Shown here: positions 7,725 to 18,263 of the stretch, in pieces
How positions within the stretch are numbered: the stretch's first letter is position 1
Layout of the letters: each line of letters begins with the position of its first letter
From: a virus
Strand: one strand, 5' to 3'
Virus record (IMG/VR): IMGVR_UViG_3300040801_003393
Location: 1 to 64,000 of that record
Length of the DNA: 64,000 bases
Translations under genes and position numbers: made by a program
Notes under the pieces: model-generated
Told to the model about the DNA's origin: nothing
Seen by the model: only the letters and a program-made list of their open reading frames with translations
Databases searched by the model: none

Positions 7725-10700
7725 TTAGAATGTACCACCGTCAACAGTGATGTCAGGATCTAGAGTAAACTCAGCAGGTGCTGGGTCAATACCGTTCGAT
7801 TGTAAGAACTTAAATGTTCCTGCATCGTTCTTAATCTGCAATCCACCTAGGTAAATTGTAGAACCTGCAACGTGTAATTCGCTCCACTGTCTGCTTGCAG
7901 AACCTAATGCATATGTGTCATCGGCTGCAGGAATTAGATCTCCTGTAACCTCTAGACCAGCTGCACCTTGTGTGGTAATGCTTGCAACGCCGTCCGATAC
8001 GCCTTCGATTGAAGTGGTTGTTGTAAGCTGACGTACTTCAATAACATCGCCTGTTGCTGGAGCTTCAGTAAATGTTAATGTTGTGCCAGATACACCATAT
8101 GCAGTTGTTGGTACTTGTACAACACCGTTAATGCTAACGATACATGATGCTGTTGTTTGTGAGCTCGATAGCGTAAACGCTACAGTTACATCATCACCAG
8201 CAAATGTTTCAGAAGCAATAATCGTGAACTCTGTTCCGAAGCTGCTCCACTGACTGGTAGAACCATCATAGTATTCATACTCATCAGTTGTGGTGTTATA
8301 ACGTAGCATACCAGCAATACCAGTTACTGGACGTTCTGCTGTAGTACCTTTGGATAGGACTACTGAAGTTGTGCCACCAACCTGGAATTGTACATCTGTT
8401 AGTGCTGTTGCGGTACCAATGTTAACACTGTCAGTGCCTGCGTCAACAAATACTAGGTTTTCGTCTGTGTTGCCTTCGATGCGGAAGTTATAGTCGCCGC
8501 CTGCGTCGTTAATTGTTAGCTCGGTACCAGCAGTTGCGCTAATATCATTGCCATCAATTGTGACGTTATCAATTGCTGCAGAACCTGTAACAGTCAATAC
8601 ACCGGTTACACCAGTTGCCTGTAGGCTTGTTGCACCTGTAGATACAGTAAACGTACCTGTCGAAACAGTTGTATTACCTACTACACCTAGTGTACCACCG
8701 ACCGTAGCGTTACCTACAATAGTAGCTGTATCACCACCTAGGTCGCCGGAAGCATCAACGTCGCCTGTAACAGTTAATGTAGATCCATCAAATGTTAAGT
8801 TGCCGCTGTCTTCTAGCTCACCACCTGTACCTGCTAGTACAACACGACCGTCTGTTAGGTCAGTTACGGCAGCGGTAGTTGTTGTTAAACCACCGTTGTG
8901 TGTTGTTAGAGCAGTAAAGGTAGATTCACCAGTTACACCAAGTGTTGTGGATACTGTTGCGCTGTTTAGCGTAGCAAGACCAGTTGTGCTTAGTGTGGTT
9001 GTACCAATGTTACCATCGTTAGTAATACCATCTGTTGTGGTTGTACCATCAACATCTAGTGTGCCAGTAACTGTAGCATTAGTGTTAACAGTTAAGTTGC
9101 CAGAAATTGTAACATCGTCTGGTAGACCAATTGTCATTGTGTCTGGGGACGAAACGTTAACCTCAATTTCGTTTGGTGTACCTTCTAATGTTACTGTATC
9201 ACCTATTAGAACATCCTGATCTGTGATGCCATCACTTAATGTCCAGCCAACGTTTAAAACGTTATCAGTAATGTATTGCAGGTTAACAGCATCGGTACCG
9301 ACCAACGGAGTTCCAACGTTTGTTACGACGTTTGAGCCCATGCTAACTGTGCTACCACCACCAATTTCAAAGTTGTCAACAGTTGTGTCGCCGTTAACGT
9401 CAAAGTTACCAGAAACGTTAATTGCTGTTGCATCAACCTGACCTGTTTCAGCGTTAACTTCAAACAGTGTTGTTGCTGCACCATTGGTAATGGTAAATGT
9501 ATCACCAGAACCGCCAACGATCGTAACGTCTGTCTGGAATGTAGCTGCACCGGTTACACCAAGTGTACCGCCAACTGTTGTGTTGCCAGTAATATCAGCT
9601 GTACCAGAAACGTCAACATCATCTAGTAGTGTTGTACCAGTAATGTCTGCACCAGAACCAACTGTTAACGAACCAGTTGTTGCAACGTCACCTGTTGTAT
9701 CAGCAACAGTAAATGCACCGGAGTCAGCATTGATGCCACCGTTTGCATTTAGCTGTCCACCAACTGTTAATGTGCTTGTTACGTTAGCAGTTGTCTGGAA
9801 GTTTGCAGCCGCACTTGCAGTTAGTGTCGTTACGGTTGTTGCACCAGCATTAACAACACCAAGTGTTGATGTGCCAGTAACACCTAATGCGCCACCAACT
9901 GTTGCACCGTTTGTAACATCTAAGCTATGTAGCGTAGCAAGACCACCTGTACCTAGTGTACCGGTAACCGAAACGTTGTCTGGTAGACCAATGGTTAATG
10001 CATCTGCGCCAACCGTAATCTCAATCTCACCAGCTACACCGTTAACAGTTAGGTCGTCGCCTCCAGCAATTGTGGTTGGGCCACCCGATCCGTTTGTGCC
10101 TGCAACAATGTCAAAACCACCGCCGACTAATGTGTCAACGTATGCTTTGTTAACTGCGTCAGTATTAGCTACTGGAGTAGCAACACCACCTACGACGTTG
10201 TCGCCCATGTCAATAGTTGCACCACCATCAACTGTGAAGCTACCTAGTGTAACTAGACCGTTAAAGTCTGCTGTGCCGTTAGCAACAAACGCACCATCGT
10301 CTACTGTAACGTTACCGTTATTGGCATCAATGATGAATAGGTCGTTTGTGGCGCCGTCTGTGACCTTAAAGATCTCACCATTGCCTCCAGCAATTGTAAC
10401 GTTATCGTTAAGTGTAGTTGCACCAGTTACATCTAAGGTACCACCAACTGTTACGTTACCAGTTGTATCTAGTGTATCCGAGTCAATGTTTGCGGCGTCG
10501 ACGTCAGCTAGTGTAGATATGCCTGTTACATCTAATGTACCACCAACTGTAACTGCACCTGTGGTGTCTAATGTATCTGCATCAATATCAGTTGCTGTAA
10601 CTGTTGATAATGTAGATGCACCAGTAACACCAAATGTATCACCAACAGTTGCCGCGCCATTAATTGTGGCAGAAGCTAATGTTGAAGCACCAGCACTTAA

Positions 10701-13700
10701 CGTGGAGTTTAGTGTTGTTGCACCAACTACGTCTAATGTGCTACCTACATCGACTGCACCTTGTAGATCGGATGTACCAGTAACAGTTAAGTTATCTAGT
10801 GATAGGTCACCTGTCATTGTGATGTTTGGTACAGTCATTGTAGTACCGTCGAACGTGAAGTTTGCGTCGTCTTCTAGTTCGCCGGCAGCACCAACAATTA
10901 CGATACGGTCTGTTGTTAGATCAGTTACCCGAGCAGAACCTGCTGCGATTGCACCAAGTGTACCAGAAATAACACCTGCTGTATCTGTTGCATCTGTGTA
11001 GAATACTATTTCGTCGGCAGAATGATCAAGACCCATAAACGCTTCTTTGTCAGCGCCGTCGTTATAGAACATCTTAACACCAGAGTCTAGTGTAGTGTTG
11101 CTATAATCTGTTGGTCCTAGTGTTGTAATAGCATCATCGATCTGTACCGTTGTAGAGTTAATGGTAGTTGTTGTACCAAGTACCGTTAAGTTACCAACAA
11201 TTCTAACTTCACCACCTGTGTCACCACCTGCTGGGTATGGGTCAATGTAAATGATTCCACTTGCAGATGTTGATTCGATTGTAGATCCGTTAATTACTAG
11301 ATCGTCAATGTTAGCTTGACCTGTAACAGTTAGTGTACCAGTTGTACTAACGTTACCGGTTGTCATGTCACCAGTAAAGGTTGAGGTACCTAATACGTCT
11401 AAGTTACCATTTAGATCTGTTAGGCCACTGATTGTTGCTGTTGCTGCTATTAAATCTGCGGTAACAGTTAAGTCATTGCCAATTGTAACGTCGTTTGGTA
11501 GACCGAAAGTTAATACCGTTGCGCCTAACTCGCTACCCCACGATATGTCAACTTCGTTGGCCGTACCTACAACTTTAACAGTATCGCCGTTACCAATTAA
11601 TGCTTGGTTTTCTAATAACTCGCCGCTTAATGTCCACTCAAAGTTATTAAGTTGAGTTTCAACATAATCTCTGTTAACAGCGTCAGTACCAAGTAAAGGA
11701 CTAGCAACACCACTTACGACGTTACCGCCCATATTAATAACTGCGCCAAGATCAAACGTAATATCGTCCATTGTAACAGCGCCATTGAAGTCAGCAGTGT
11801 TATTGGCAACTAATGCACCAGTTAATGTACTACCACCAGTTACGGCCAATGCACCACCAACTGTCCAGTTACTTGTAGTAGAGCCGGAAGCTGCTGTTAG
11901 CACGCCTGTGTTTGTAACACCTAGTGTAGATATACCAGTTACGTTCAACGTGTTGTTAATAGTGGTTGCACCGTCTGCTGTTAGTGCGTCTAATGTGGTT
12001 GCACCATCAACGTTTAGACCGTCATTTAGATCTGCTGCACCATCAACTTCAAATGTACCACCAACGTAAACGTTACCGTTCTCGTTGTTAATAGTAAACA
12101 AGTTAGTTGGTGTTACTGCACCGTCTGTAACTTTGAAGATTTCACCCGAACCACCGTTAATTGTAACGTTGTTTTCAAACGTAGATTCACCAGTTACGCC
12201 TAGTGTTGTTGTAACACTTGCACTGTTTAGAGTTGCAAGGCTGGTAGTTGATAGGGCCGAAGTAGATACGTTAGTTGTTGCTATTACGTTGTCGGCGGAA
12301 ACATCACCTCCTGCGGTTAAGTTTGTTGTAATACTAACGCTATCTGGTAAACCAATTTGTACCTGGTTGTCTGTAACTGCTGTCTCAATTTCGTTTGTTG
12401 TACCAACAACACTGAATGTATCGTTTGCTACACCAAGTGTTACGTTATCAGTACCAGTATCACCAGCAATCTTTAGTACAGCACCGCCAGCTGCAACTTG
12501 TGCATCGACGTAGTCTTTGTTAGCAGCGTCAGTACCAGCAGATGGTGTAGCAACACCACCTACGACGTTGCTGCCCATTGTAACTGTTGCACCGTTATCA
12601 ACTGCAAAGTTAGCAACGTTTGTCTGACCGTTTAGTTCGGTTGTACCTGTAACAGTTACGCCTGCGCCGAAAGATGCATCACCTCCAGTTACTGTGAAGT
12701 CGCCTGTGCCGTGTACTGTTGTATTACCTGTAGAAGATTCTACGCTAAATGTTGTGGTTGTGCCATCAGTGATGACAAAGTTTTTCAATGCACCACCATT
12801 TAATGTAATAGTATCATCAAATGTAGATGTGCCTGCTACTTCAAGTGCAACACCTAAATCAAGTGCTGTACCAGTAAATGCAAGGTTGGCACTACCTTCA
12901 AGTTCGCCGTTTGTGCCTGCAAAAACAATGTGTGTTGCTGTCAAGTCTTCAACGTTTGCAGAAGCTAGTGTTGCCTGACCATTAACATCAAGTGTGCCAG
13001 CAATAGCTGTGTTACCTGTTGTAGAAGCAACGGTGAAGTTTGTAACACCAACAGCTAGTTCAGTACCGTTAAAAGTTAACGATGTATAGCCGCCAAGTTC
13101 GCCATCGACACCTGTTGGAACAACAACCTGATACTGTGTTAGATCGCTGATTTTAGCTGATGTTAATGTAGCTGGGCCACCCGAAATTGCTGCAAATGTT
13201 GCTGCACTACCAACGTTTAATGTACCGTCAATGTCAACGTTACTTGTTGCATCTAATGTTGTGACTGTTGTTGCACCAGCATTAACAACACCAAGTGTCG
13301 ATGTGCCAGTAACGTTTAGCGTGCCACCAACTGTTGTATTACCACTCTGCGAGTTAACGCTAAATGTTGTACCAGCACCGTCGGTAATAATAAAGTCAAT
13401 GCCGCTGCCGCCGTCAATCGTAATATCATTTTCAAATGTCGACGCGCCTGTAACAGCTAATGTGCTACCAACTGTTGCACCGTTAGTTACAGCCAATGTT
13501 GTTGTCGAAATTGCACCGTCGTTTGTAATACCGTCGGTTGTTGTTAGGCCATCAACATCAAGTGTACCACCAATTGCTACGTTATCTGTTACGCTAATGC
13601 TATCAAGACTTGCTAAACCGCTTGAGGAAAGTGTCGAAAAAGATGCGTTACCTGCGACACCTAATGTTTCGCTAATTGAAACAGCATCAAGGTTGGTGAG

Positions 13701-14216
13701 GCCGTCGACGTCGAGGGATCCTGCAATTTCAACGTTTCCATTAAGATCTGCTAACCCTTGTACTGTTAAATCGCCAGTTGTTGAAAGACTTGCTGCGCTA
13801 AAAGTACCTTCAGCTGCAATATTTCCTGCACGGAAGTTTGCCATTGCTGAGATGTTAATTGAAGTCGAGGATTCAGCTGATGTAGTGAAACCAGCAATCC
13901 ACTCGTCTGTCTCTTCGTCCCAAATAAATGCGACGTTGGTGTCTGTTCCGCGTTCACCAATAAAACCAAAGTCTAATGCCGGTGTACCTGTTTGTAAAGA
14001 GCCCAAAACAAGGATTGGGTCTTCAACTGTTGTGTTTGTTGTATTAATTGTTGTAGTTGTACCGTTAACTAATAGGTTACCTTGTACCGTTAAGTTAGAC
14101 GGATAAACTAAGTTTTCAGCCAGTTTACCTGATGTTACTGTGTTATCGACTAGTTTTGCGCTAGCGACAATGGTAGCATCAGTAATCTGGTTGTTCTTAA
14201 TTCTTGTAATTGCCAT
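7725..14216 (-). CDS. Very long tail fibre/adhesin-like structural protein (2163 aa)
   Basis: Thr/Gly/Val/Asp-rich beta-repeats (TVGGTLDVTG), four ATP..TDAVNK.YVD-type neck motifs, GTTAERP..GMLRYNTT motif, ends in DGGTF; AGGAG RBS. Confidence 0.85.
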   Translation of the reverse strand: MAITRIKNNQITDATIVASAKLVDNTVTSGKLAENLVYPSNLTVQGNLLVNGTTTTINTTNTTVEDPILVLGSLQTGTPALDFGFIGERGTDTNVAFIWDEETDEWIAGFTTSAESSTSINISAMANFRAGNIAAEGTFSAASLSTTGDLTVQGLADLNGNVEIAGSLDVDGLTNLDAVSISETLGVAGNASFSTLSSSGLASLDSISVTDNVAIGGTLDVDGLTTTDGITNDGAISTTTLAVTNGATVGSTLAVTGASTFENDITIDGGSGIDFIITDGAGTTFSVNSQSGNTTVGGTLNVTGTSTLGVVNAGATTVTTLDATSNVDIDGTLNVGSAATFAAISGGPATLTSAKISDLTQYQVVVPTGVDGELGGYTSLTFNGTELAVGVTNFTVASTTGNTAIAGTLDVNGQATLASANVEDLTATHIVFAGTNGELEGSANLAFTGTALDLGVALEVAGTSTFDDTITLNGGALKNFVITDGTTTTFSVESSTGNTTVHGTGDFTVTGGDASFGAGVTVTGTTELNGQTNVANFAVDNGATVTMGSNVVGGVATPSAGTDAANKDYVDAQVAAGGAVLKIAGDTGTDNVTLGVANDTFSVVGTTNEIETAVTDNQVQIGLPDSVSITTNLTAGGDVSADNVIATTNVSTSALSTTSLATLNSASVTTTLGVTGESTFENNVTINGGSGEIFKVTDGAVTPTNLFTINNENGNVYVGGTFEVDGAADLNDGLNVDGATTLDALTADGATTINNTLNVTGISTLGVTNTGVLTAASGSTTSNWTVGGALAVTGGSTLTGALVANNTADFNGAVTMDDITFDLGAVINMGGNVVSGVASPLLGTDAVNRDYVETQLNNFEWTLSGELLENQALIGNGDTVKVVGTANEVDISWGSELGATVLTFGLPNDVTIGNDLTVTADLIAATATISGLTDLNGNLDVLGTSTFTGDMTTGNVSTTGTLTVTGQANIDDLVINGSTIESTSASGIIYIDPYPAGGDTGGEVRIVGNLTVLGTTTTINSTTVQIDDAITTLGPTDYSNTTLDSGVKMFYNDGADKEAFMGLDHSADEIVFYTDATDTAGVISGTLGAIAAGSARVTDLTTDRIVIVGAAGELEDDANFTFDGTTMTVPNITMTGDLSLDNLTVTGTSDLQGAVDVGSTLDVVGATTLNSTLSAGASTLASATINGAATVGDTFGVTGASTLSTVTATDIDADTLDTTGAVTVGGTLDVTGISTLADVDAANIDSDTLDTTGNVTVGGTLDVTGATTLNDNVTIAGGNGEIFKVTDGATNDLFIIDANNGNVTVDDGAFVANGTADFNGLVTLGSFTVDGGATIDMGDNVVGGVATPVANTDAVNKAYVDTLVGGGFDIVAGTNGSGGPTTIAGGDDLTVNGVAGEIEITVGADALTIGLPDNVSVTGTLGTGGLATLHSLDVTNGATVGGALGVTGTSTLGVVNAGATTVTTLTASAAANFQTTANVTSTLTVGGQLNANGGINADSGAFTVADTTGDVATTGSLTVGSGADITGTTLLDDVDVSGTADITGNTTVGGTLGVTGAATFQTDVTIVGGSGDTFTITNGAATTLFEVNAETGQVDATAINVSGNFDVNGDTTVDNFEIGGGSTVSMGSNVVTNVGTPLVGTDAVNLQYITDNVLNVGWTLSDGITDQDVLIGDTVTLEGTPNEIEVNVSSPDTMTIGLPDDVTISGNLTVNTNATVTGTLDVDGTTTTDGITNDGNIGTTTLSTTGLATLNSATVSTTLGVTGESTFTALTTHNGGLTTTTAAVTDLTDGRVVLAGTGGELEDSGNLTFDGSTLTVTGDVDASGDLGGDTATIVGNATVGGTLGVVGNTTVSTGTFTVSTGATSLQATGVTGVLTVTGSAAIDNVTIDGNDISATAGTELTINDAGGDYNFRIEGNTDENLVFVDAGTDSVNIGTATALTDVQFQVGGTTSVVLSKGTTAERPVTGIAGMLRYNTTTDEYEYYDGSTSQWSSFGTEFTIIASETFAGDDVTVAFTLSSSQTTASCIVSINGVVQVPTTAYGVSGTTLTFTEAPATGDVIEVRQLTTTTSIEGVSDGVASITTQGAAGLEVTGDLIPAADDTYALGSASRQWSELHVAGSTIYLGGLQIKNDAGTFKFLQSNGIDPAPAEFTLDPDITVDGGTF

Positions 14217-14243
14217 GTCATGAGCTCCTATTTTAGCTACTCA

Positions 14244-14251
14244 TATTTATT
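14244..14251 (-). promoter_or_regulatory. T4-like late promoter (AATAAATA)
   Basis: Upstream of the RBS of the 2163-aa gene. Confidence 0.6.
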
Positions 14252-14292
14252 GAATTTTGGCAATTATAATTTATGCGTATTGATTTTTGCGA

Positions 14293-16140
14293 TTATGAAA
14301 GAGCTAATAAAACCATAATTACGCCGCGATCTCCAGTAAAAGATTCCATTGCTTTACCTATAATTGTGCCAGGATTTACATTTAGACCTGCGGATGTTGC
14401 GTGGCCAGCAATTGCTGAAGTTACTAATAATTCGCCTCGACGGATTGGACCTACTACTTTACATGGAACTCGGCCTACTAGACCCACCGGAACTGCATTT
14501 TTAGCGTAACTGTTTAGCAAATATGCAGGCTCTGTGGACACTACACCTGCTACCGCTGTATCAGCAAAACTTGTGCAGGCGGTTACTTCTTCGTTGCCAC
14601 CTAATATTACTACAGTGCCTGGCTCGTATGGATAATCAGAAACGAAATTTTCAGCAACGTCTGCTGGGTTGCCGTTGATTAGGTTGACATGGAGGTTGTT
14701 AAAACGATGCGTTCCGTCACCTAAGTTATGAGCTAAATCTGATATTGGTCTTAAAGTTGTAGAAATATCTGCTGTGGTGCCATCAAATACCAATTGCTCA
14801 ATATTGTCAACAATTACTTTCGCTTCGCCTGATTCGCAGGCAAATCTAGTTGTACCAATTTCGTCTGCAACCGACCTGACATCTGTAATATTAGCTAATT
14901 GTCGAACTGTAATGACGTCGCCGATTTCTGGTATATCTGTTAACGTAATTTCATTTGTTACGGTGTTTAAAGTATATGCAACCAGTGGCTTTTGTACGAC
15001 GCCGTTAATATCTACTAACATTGATGATGCTGATACCGGGTCGGTTGTTAATGTAAAGGTATCGTTAATACCATCACCGTTAAATGTCTCTACAGTAAAT
15101 TCAACGAAGTCGGCGGTAAATCCTGACCACTCAACACCATCGTAAATTTCTGCTTCGCCGATTAATGTATTAAATCGTATCATACCAGCAGCTGGAGTTG
15201 CCGGTCTCTCACCTTGCACGCCTACTGGAATTTGTAATGCAGATGTTGCATTTATTACAACTACGCCATCGCCTGGGTTTAGTGTAATATCGCCGTCTGC
15301 GGTTGTAGTTAGATCCAGGCTTGCATCCGATGTAATTGTATTACCGTCAATGTTTATACCGTCGATATCTGCGGAGCCAGTTACGGTTACTGCCCCTGTT
15401 ATATCAGCATCACCGGTGAGCGTTAACAAAGATCCATCAAACGCAAATGCCGACGAGGTAATAATTTCGCCCAGGGCATTTGTAAATACAACCTCATACG
15501 GTGATGTATTTTGAATTATTGTGCTAGCATTAATTTCGACGATACTAGTAAGTGAATCGATTACTAAGTTACCGGTGCTTGTAGATAACTCATTTCCTAT
15601 TAGCGTAATATTACCAAATTGTCCTTCGGTGCCGCTGACTGAATCAGAGACAGAAAGTGGAGTTAAAATTTGAAAATTGTTGTCGGAAACGTTGGCGACG
15701 TTAGTTCCTTTAACGTCAAACTCTATCGATGCAAAAACGCCATTGTCGAGAACGGTTACTGAACTGGTACCTTGACCAATGGAATTTGTTGAAACGTTAC
15801 CAATTTCGTCTTGCAGTGTTCGTAAGTTTACGACATCTGTTGGATCATCTGGATCTTCGCAATTTGTAATCTTAGACATTTCGACGCTAACATCTGCCAA
15901 TCCACTGTTAATAACTAACCCGGCTGGATTACCGACTAGTATTTGATTGCCAACAATTTGCATATCGCCAGCAATTAAACTACCTGCAACCTCTAGCTCT
16001 ACGGCTGGCGCATTAGTGTTAATACCAATCCGACCATTAGCAACGTCAAGATATAATAAATTTCCATCAAACGACAAATCTACTCCGTCACGAAGTAAAT
16101 TGTCTTTAAGCATTGTTCCACTAATCTTATTAGTGCTCAT
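14293..16140 (-). CDS. Tail fibre-like structural protein with C-terminal IMC/peptidase G2-like domain
   Basis: GRIGINTNAP, GERP..GMIRFN and DVAENF...VAGVVSTEPAYLLN...GRVPCKV...IIGKAM motifs. Confidence 0.8.
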   Translation of the reverse strand: MSTNKISGTMLKDNLLRDGVDLSFDGNLLYLDVANGRIGINTNAPAVELEVAGSLIAGDMQIVGNQILVGNPAGLVINSGLADVSVEMSKITNCEDPDDPTDVVNLRTLQDEIGNVSTNSIGQGTSSVTVLDNGVFASIEFDVKGTNVANVSDNNFQILTPLSVSDSVSGTEGQFGNITLIGNELSTSTGNLVIDSLTSIVEINASTIIQNTSPYEVVFTNALGEIITSSAFAFDGSLLTLTGDADITGAVTVTGSADIDGINIDGNTITSDASLDLTTTADGDITLNPGDGVVVINATSALQIPVGVQGERPATPAAGMIRFNTLIGEAEIYDGVEWSGFTADFVEFTVETFNGDGINDTFTLTTDPVSASSMLVDINGVVQKPLVAYTLNTVTNEITLTDIPEIGDVITVRQLANITDVRSVADEIGTTRFACESGEAKVIVDNIEQLVFDGTTADISTTLRPISDLAHNLGDGTHRFNNLHVNLINGNPADVAENFVSDYPYEPGTVVILGGNEEVTACTSFADTAVAGVVSTEPAYLLNSYAKNAVPVGLVGRVPCKVVGPIRRGELLVTSAIAGHATSAGLNVNPGTIIGKAMESFTGDRGVIMVLLALS

Positions 16141-16165
16141 TAATTTATACCATCCTCAGTATAGA

Positions 16166-16576
16166 TCATACGTTTGTACTACCAAGTCTATGAATTACGT
16201 TTATTAAGTTATCAACAGGTGGAGGTACAATAAATTGTAATTCGTTGTTATTCACGATAGAGTAATTTGTAATTGGGATCTGATACACGCCGCCGACAAA
16301 CACTAATATCTGCGAAGCCGATGAGGCGTCTTCGGTCATTACAAATGTTCCATTTATGCCATCTGCTGTGAATGTATCGACCACTAAACCTACTTCGCCG
16401 CGGGCTGCTAATGTTATGTAATTAGTGCCATTCCAGAATTCGTATGATCCTGCATCTGCGTTATATCTAATTGTTCCGACTGCTGGGTCACTTGGTCTAT
16501 CGGCTGTGTCTCCAACAGGAATCGCTGGGCCTGTTGGCTTTCGACCTACTCTCATATTTTTAACAAAATAACCCAT
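16166..16576 (-). CDS. Small virion structural protein
   Basis: PVGDTADRP..GTIRYN and FTADG..F...VFVGGVYQIP motifs shared with neighbouring fibre genes. Confidence 0.7.
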   Translation of the reverse strand: MGYFVKNMRVGRKPTGPAIPVGDTADRPSDPAVGTIRYNADAGSYEFWNGTNYITLAARGEVGLVVDTFTADGINGTFVMTEDASSASQILVFVGGVYQIPITNYSIVNNNELQFIVPPPVDNLINVIHRLGSTNV

Positions 16577-16585
16577 TATAAACCT

Positions 16586-16900
16586 TTAAATATTTAAGTA
16601 ACTTACTAGTGCGGTCACTGATGTTGCTGTGTCGCAGACTGCCGAAACATAATCGGCGTCTCCTAAAATAATTTTTTCACTTCCTTGGTATGCAACATAT
16701 GTATCACCTGCTACTATTTCAAGCTCTTTAATTAAAATATTGTTGTCGTTTGGTGATGCAATAGACGGAACAATATGAATCGAAACCTTTACTGTGCTAC
16801 TGGAATGGTTGCAGAAAGACAAGAATGTCATCGCAGTATTGCCAGATGCAGTTAAAAGTGTTGTATTAGTTGTTCCTACAGGAGTAGCTTGAATTGCCAT
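16586..16900 (-). CDS. Hypothetical (probable virion) protein
   Basis: 104-aa ORF in a tightly packed operon, AAGG RBS. Confidence 0.7.
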   Translation of the reverse strand: MAIQATPVGTTNTTLLTASGNTAMTFLSFCNHSSSTVKVSIHIVPSIASPNDNNILIKELEIVAGDTYVAYQGSEKIILGDADYVSAVCDTATSVTALVSYLNI

Positions 16901-16909
16901 AATTAACCT

Positions 16910-17626
16910 TTAAAATATTAACGCATAAATCATTGCTTGCGTATTTGTTACTAACTCGTCGGATGTCTGCGAGTTCACTGTATATAATCCCGAGCCGCCT
17001 GAGCCAGCAGTTTTTGCATATAATTTATTATAGTTGGCGGTGACCGATGGATCTGATGCTTGTTCCTCTAAACTTAATTCGTGATTTAAACGTACTTCAC
17101 CTGTACCATTTGCATCAATAATAACATTACCATTGCTCGCACTAGTAATTGTAAATCCATTTACATCTAAGTCACCACCCAATTGTGGTGTTAGATCGTT
17201 TATTAATTCAAATGCAGAACCTAGCATTGGGTTCAACGGATACCAAGCAACACCATCATCAGTGGCTTCCCAGTAATCTAAGTTATCGTTATACCGTAAA
17301 CGAACTGTCGGGGCAAGACCTCTATCAATAGCAATTCCGGCAGTATTTCCTGGAACTGTGATTCCGTTGCCCGTCTCGCCAGCATTTAATACAATTTCGT
17401 TATCTGCTACAGTTAGTGTCTCGGATTCAACTGTAGTTGATGCTCCAAGTACGACTAAATCGCCGTCAATTGTAACAACTACTTTATCATCTGGGTGTCC
17501 GGCTGTTGGTATATCGGGTACATATTGTACTCGAACCGCGTCGATACTACGATGCACGGACTCGTCGGTGTGATGATACGCCGACTTAATATAATAATCG
17601 CCCAGAACTTTTTTCGTTGTGCTCAT
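16910..17626 (-). CDS. Virion structural protein (fibre-related)
   Basis: DNEIVLNAGETG..GIAIDRG and DLTPQLGGDLDVNG motifs shared with fibre proteins in this window; AGGAG RBS. Confidence 0.75.
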   Translation of the reverse strand: MSTTKKVLGDYYIKSAYHHTDESVHRSIDAVRVQYVPDIPTAGHPDDKVVVTIDGDLVVLGASTTVESETLTVADNEIVLNAGETGNGITVPGNTAGIAIDRGLAPTVRLRYNDNLDYWEATDDGVAWYPLNPMLGSAFELINDLTPQLGGDLDVNGFTITSASNGNVIIDANGTGEVRLNHELSLEEQASDPSVTANYNKLYAKTAGSGGSGLYTVNSQTSDELVTNTQAMIYALIF

Positions 17627-17636
17627 AAACTGGCTC

Positions 17637-18203
17637 CTATACGTTATTTATTATCTTTAGGAATTCTGTGATTTGTATGAATTTTACATTTTTATATTTG
17701 TTATTTTCTATGACCCGTTTAGTTTCGGGTCCTTCAACAAATACAAAATTTACCTTAGGATTGTGCTTGATAATTGTTTCGACTTGATTATGCCAATTGC
17801 CAGAAAAAGTGGCTGTTTCATGAGATTTTCGATAAAATTCGGTATTTGCATATACATTGTTAAATCTGGTATGATTGCTACCAAAATCAAACCCTATAAT
17901 GTAAATATCCTTATTGCCATCTTGCACTGCTAGTTGTAATGCATTTGGTCCTGAACTCCACCCGGAATATGGTGGTTTTAGTGGGATTGCACCTGACCCA
18001 CCATATACCTTTCTGGTGTGAAACCTTCTAGACTTTGCGTACCCCAAATCTTGAATTGCTCTAGAAATTGGTTCATCGGTTGCTACTAAAACGTCTGGAC
18101 AGAAATCTTTATAGAGTGCATTGCACCCATACGTTTTTCCTTTAAGTGATCGCAAATTAACTGGTATCCTGCTGCAACCGTTGCCAATAACAAACGCAGT
18201 CAT
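17637..18203 (-). CDS. Maf/DUF115-like (sialyltransferase-like fold) putative glycosyltransferase
   Basis: FVIGNGCSR...YGCNALY..PDVLVATD...SSGPNALQLA...IYIIGFD motif series. Confidence 0.6.
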   Translation of the reverse strand: MTAFVIGNGCSRIPVNLRSLKGKTYGCNALYKDFCPDVLVATDEPISRAIQDLGYAKSRRFHTRKVYGGSGAIPLKPPYSGWSSGPNALQLAVQDGNKDIYIIGFDFGSNHTRFNNVYANTEFYRKSHETATFSGNWHNQVETIIKHNPKVNFVFVEGPETKRVIENNKYKNVKFIQITEFLKIINNV

Positions 18204-18241
18204 AAAAAATCCTCTATTGCTATATTTAACAATAGAGGATT
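18204..18241 (-). terminator. Terminator/RBS-sequestering hairpin with a late-promoter motif in its loop
   Basis: 12-bp stem AATCCTCTATTG/CAATAGAGGATT followed by TTTT then ATG; GTTAAATA at 18223-18230 lies essentially in the loop. Confidence 0.7.
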
Positions 18242-18263
18242 ATTGGTTTTTAGAAATAAACGA

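Noticed and set aside
257-15145. Numerous plus-strand ORFs (up to 505 aa) opposite the fibre genes
   Set aside because: Antisense shadows of biased Thr/Gly/Val/Asp codons; no RBS or promoters, and fully overlapped by well-supported minus-strand genes.
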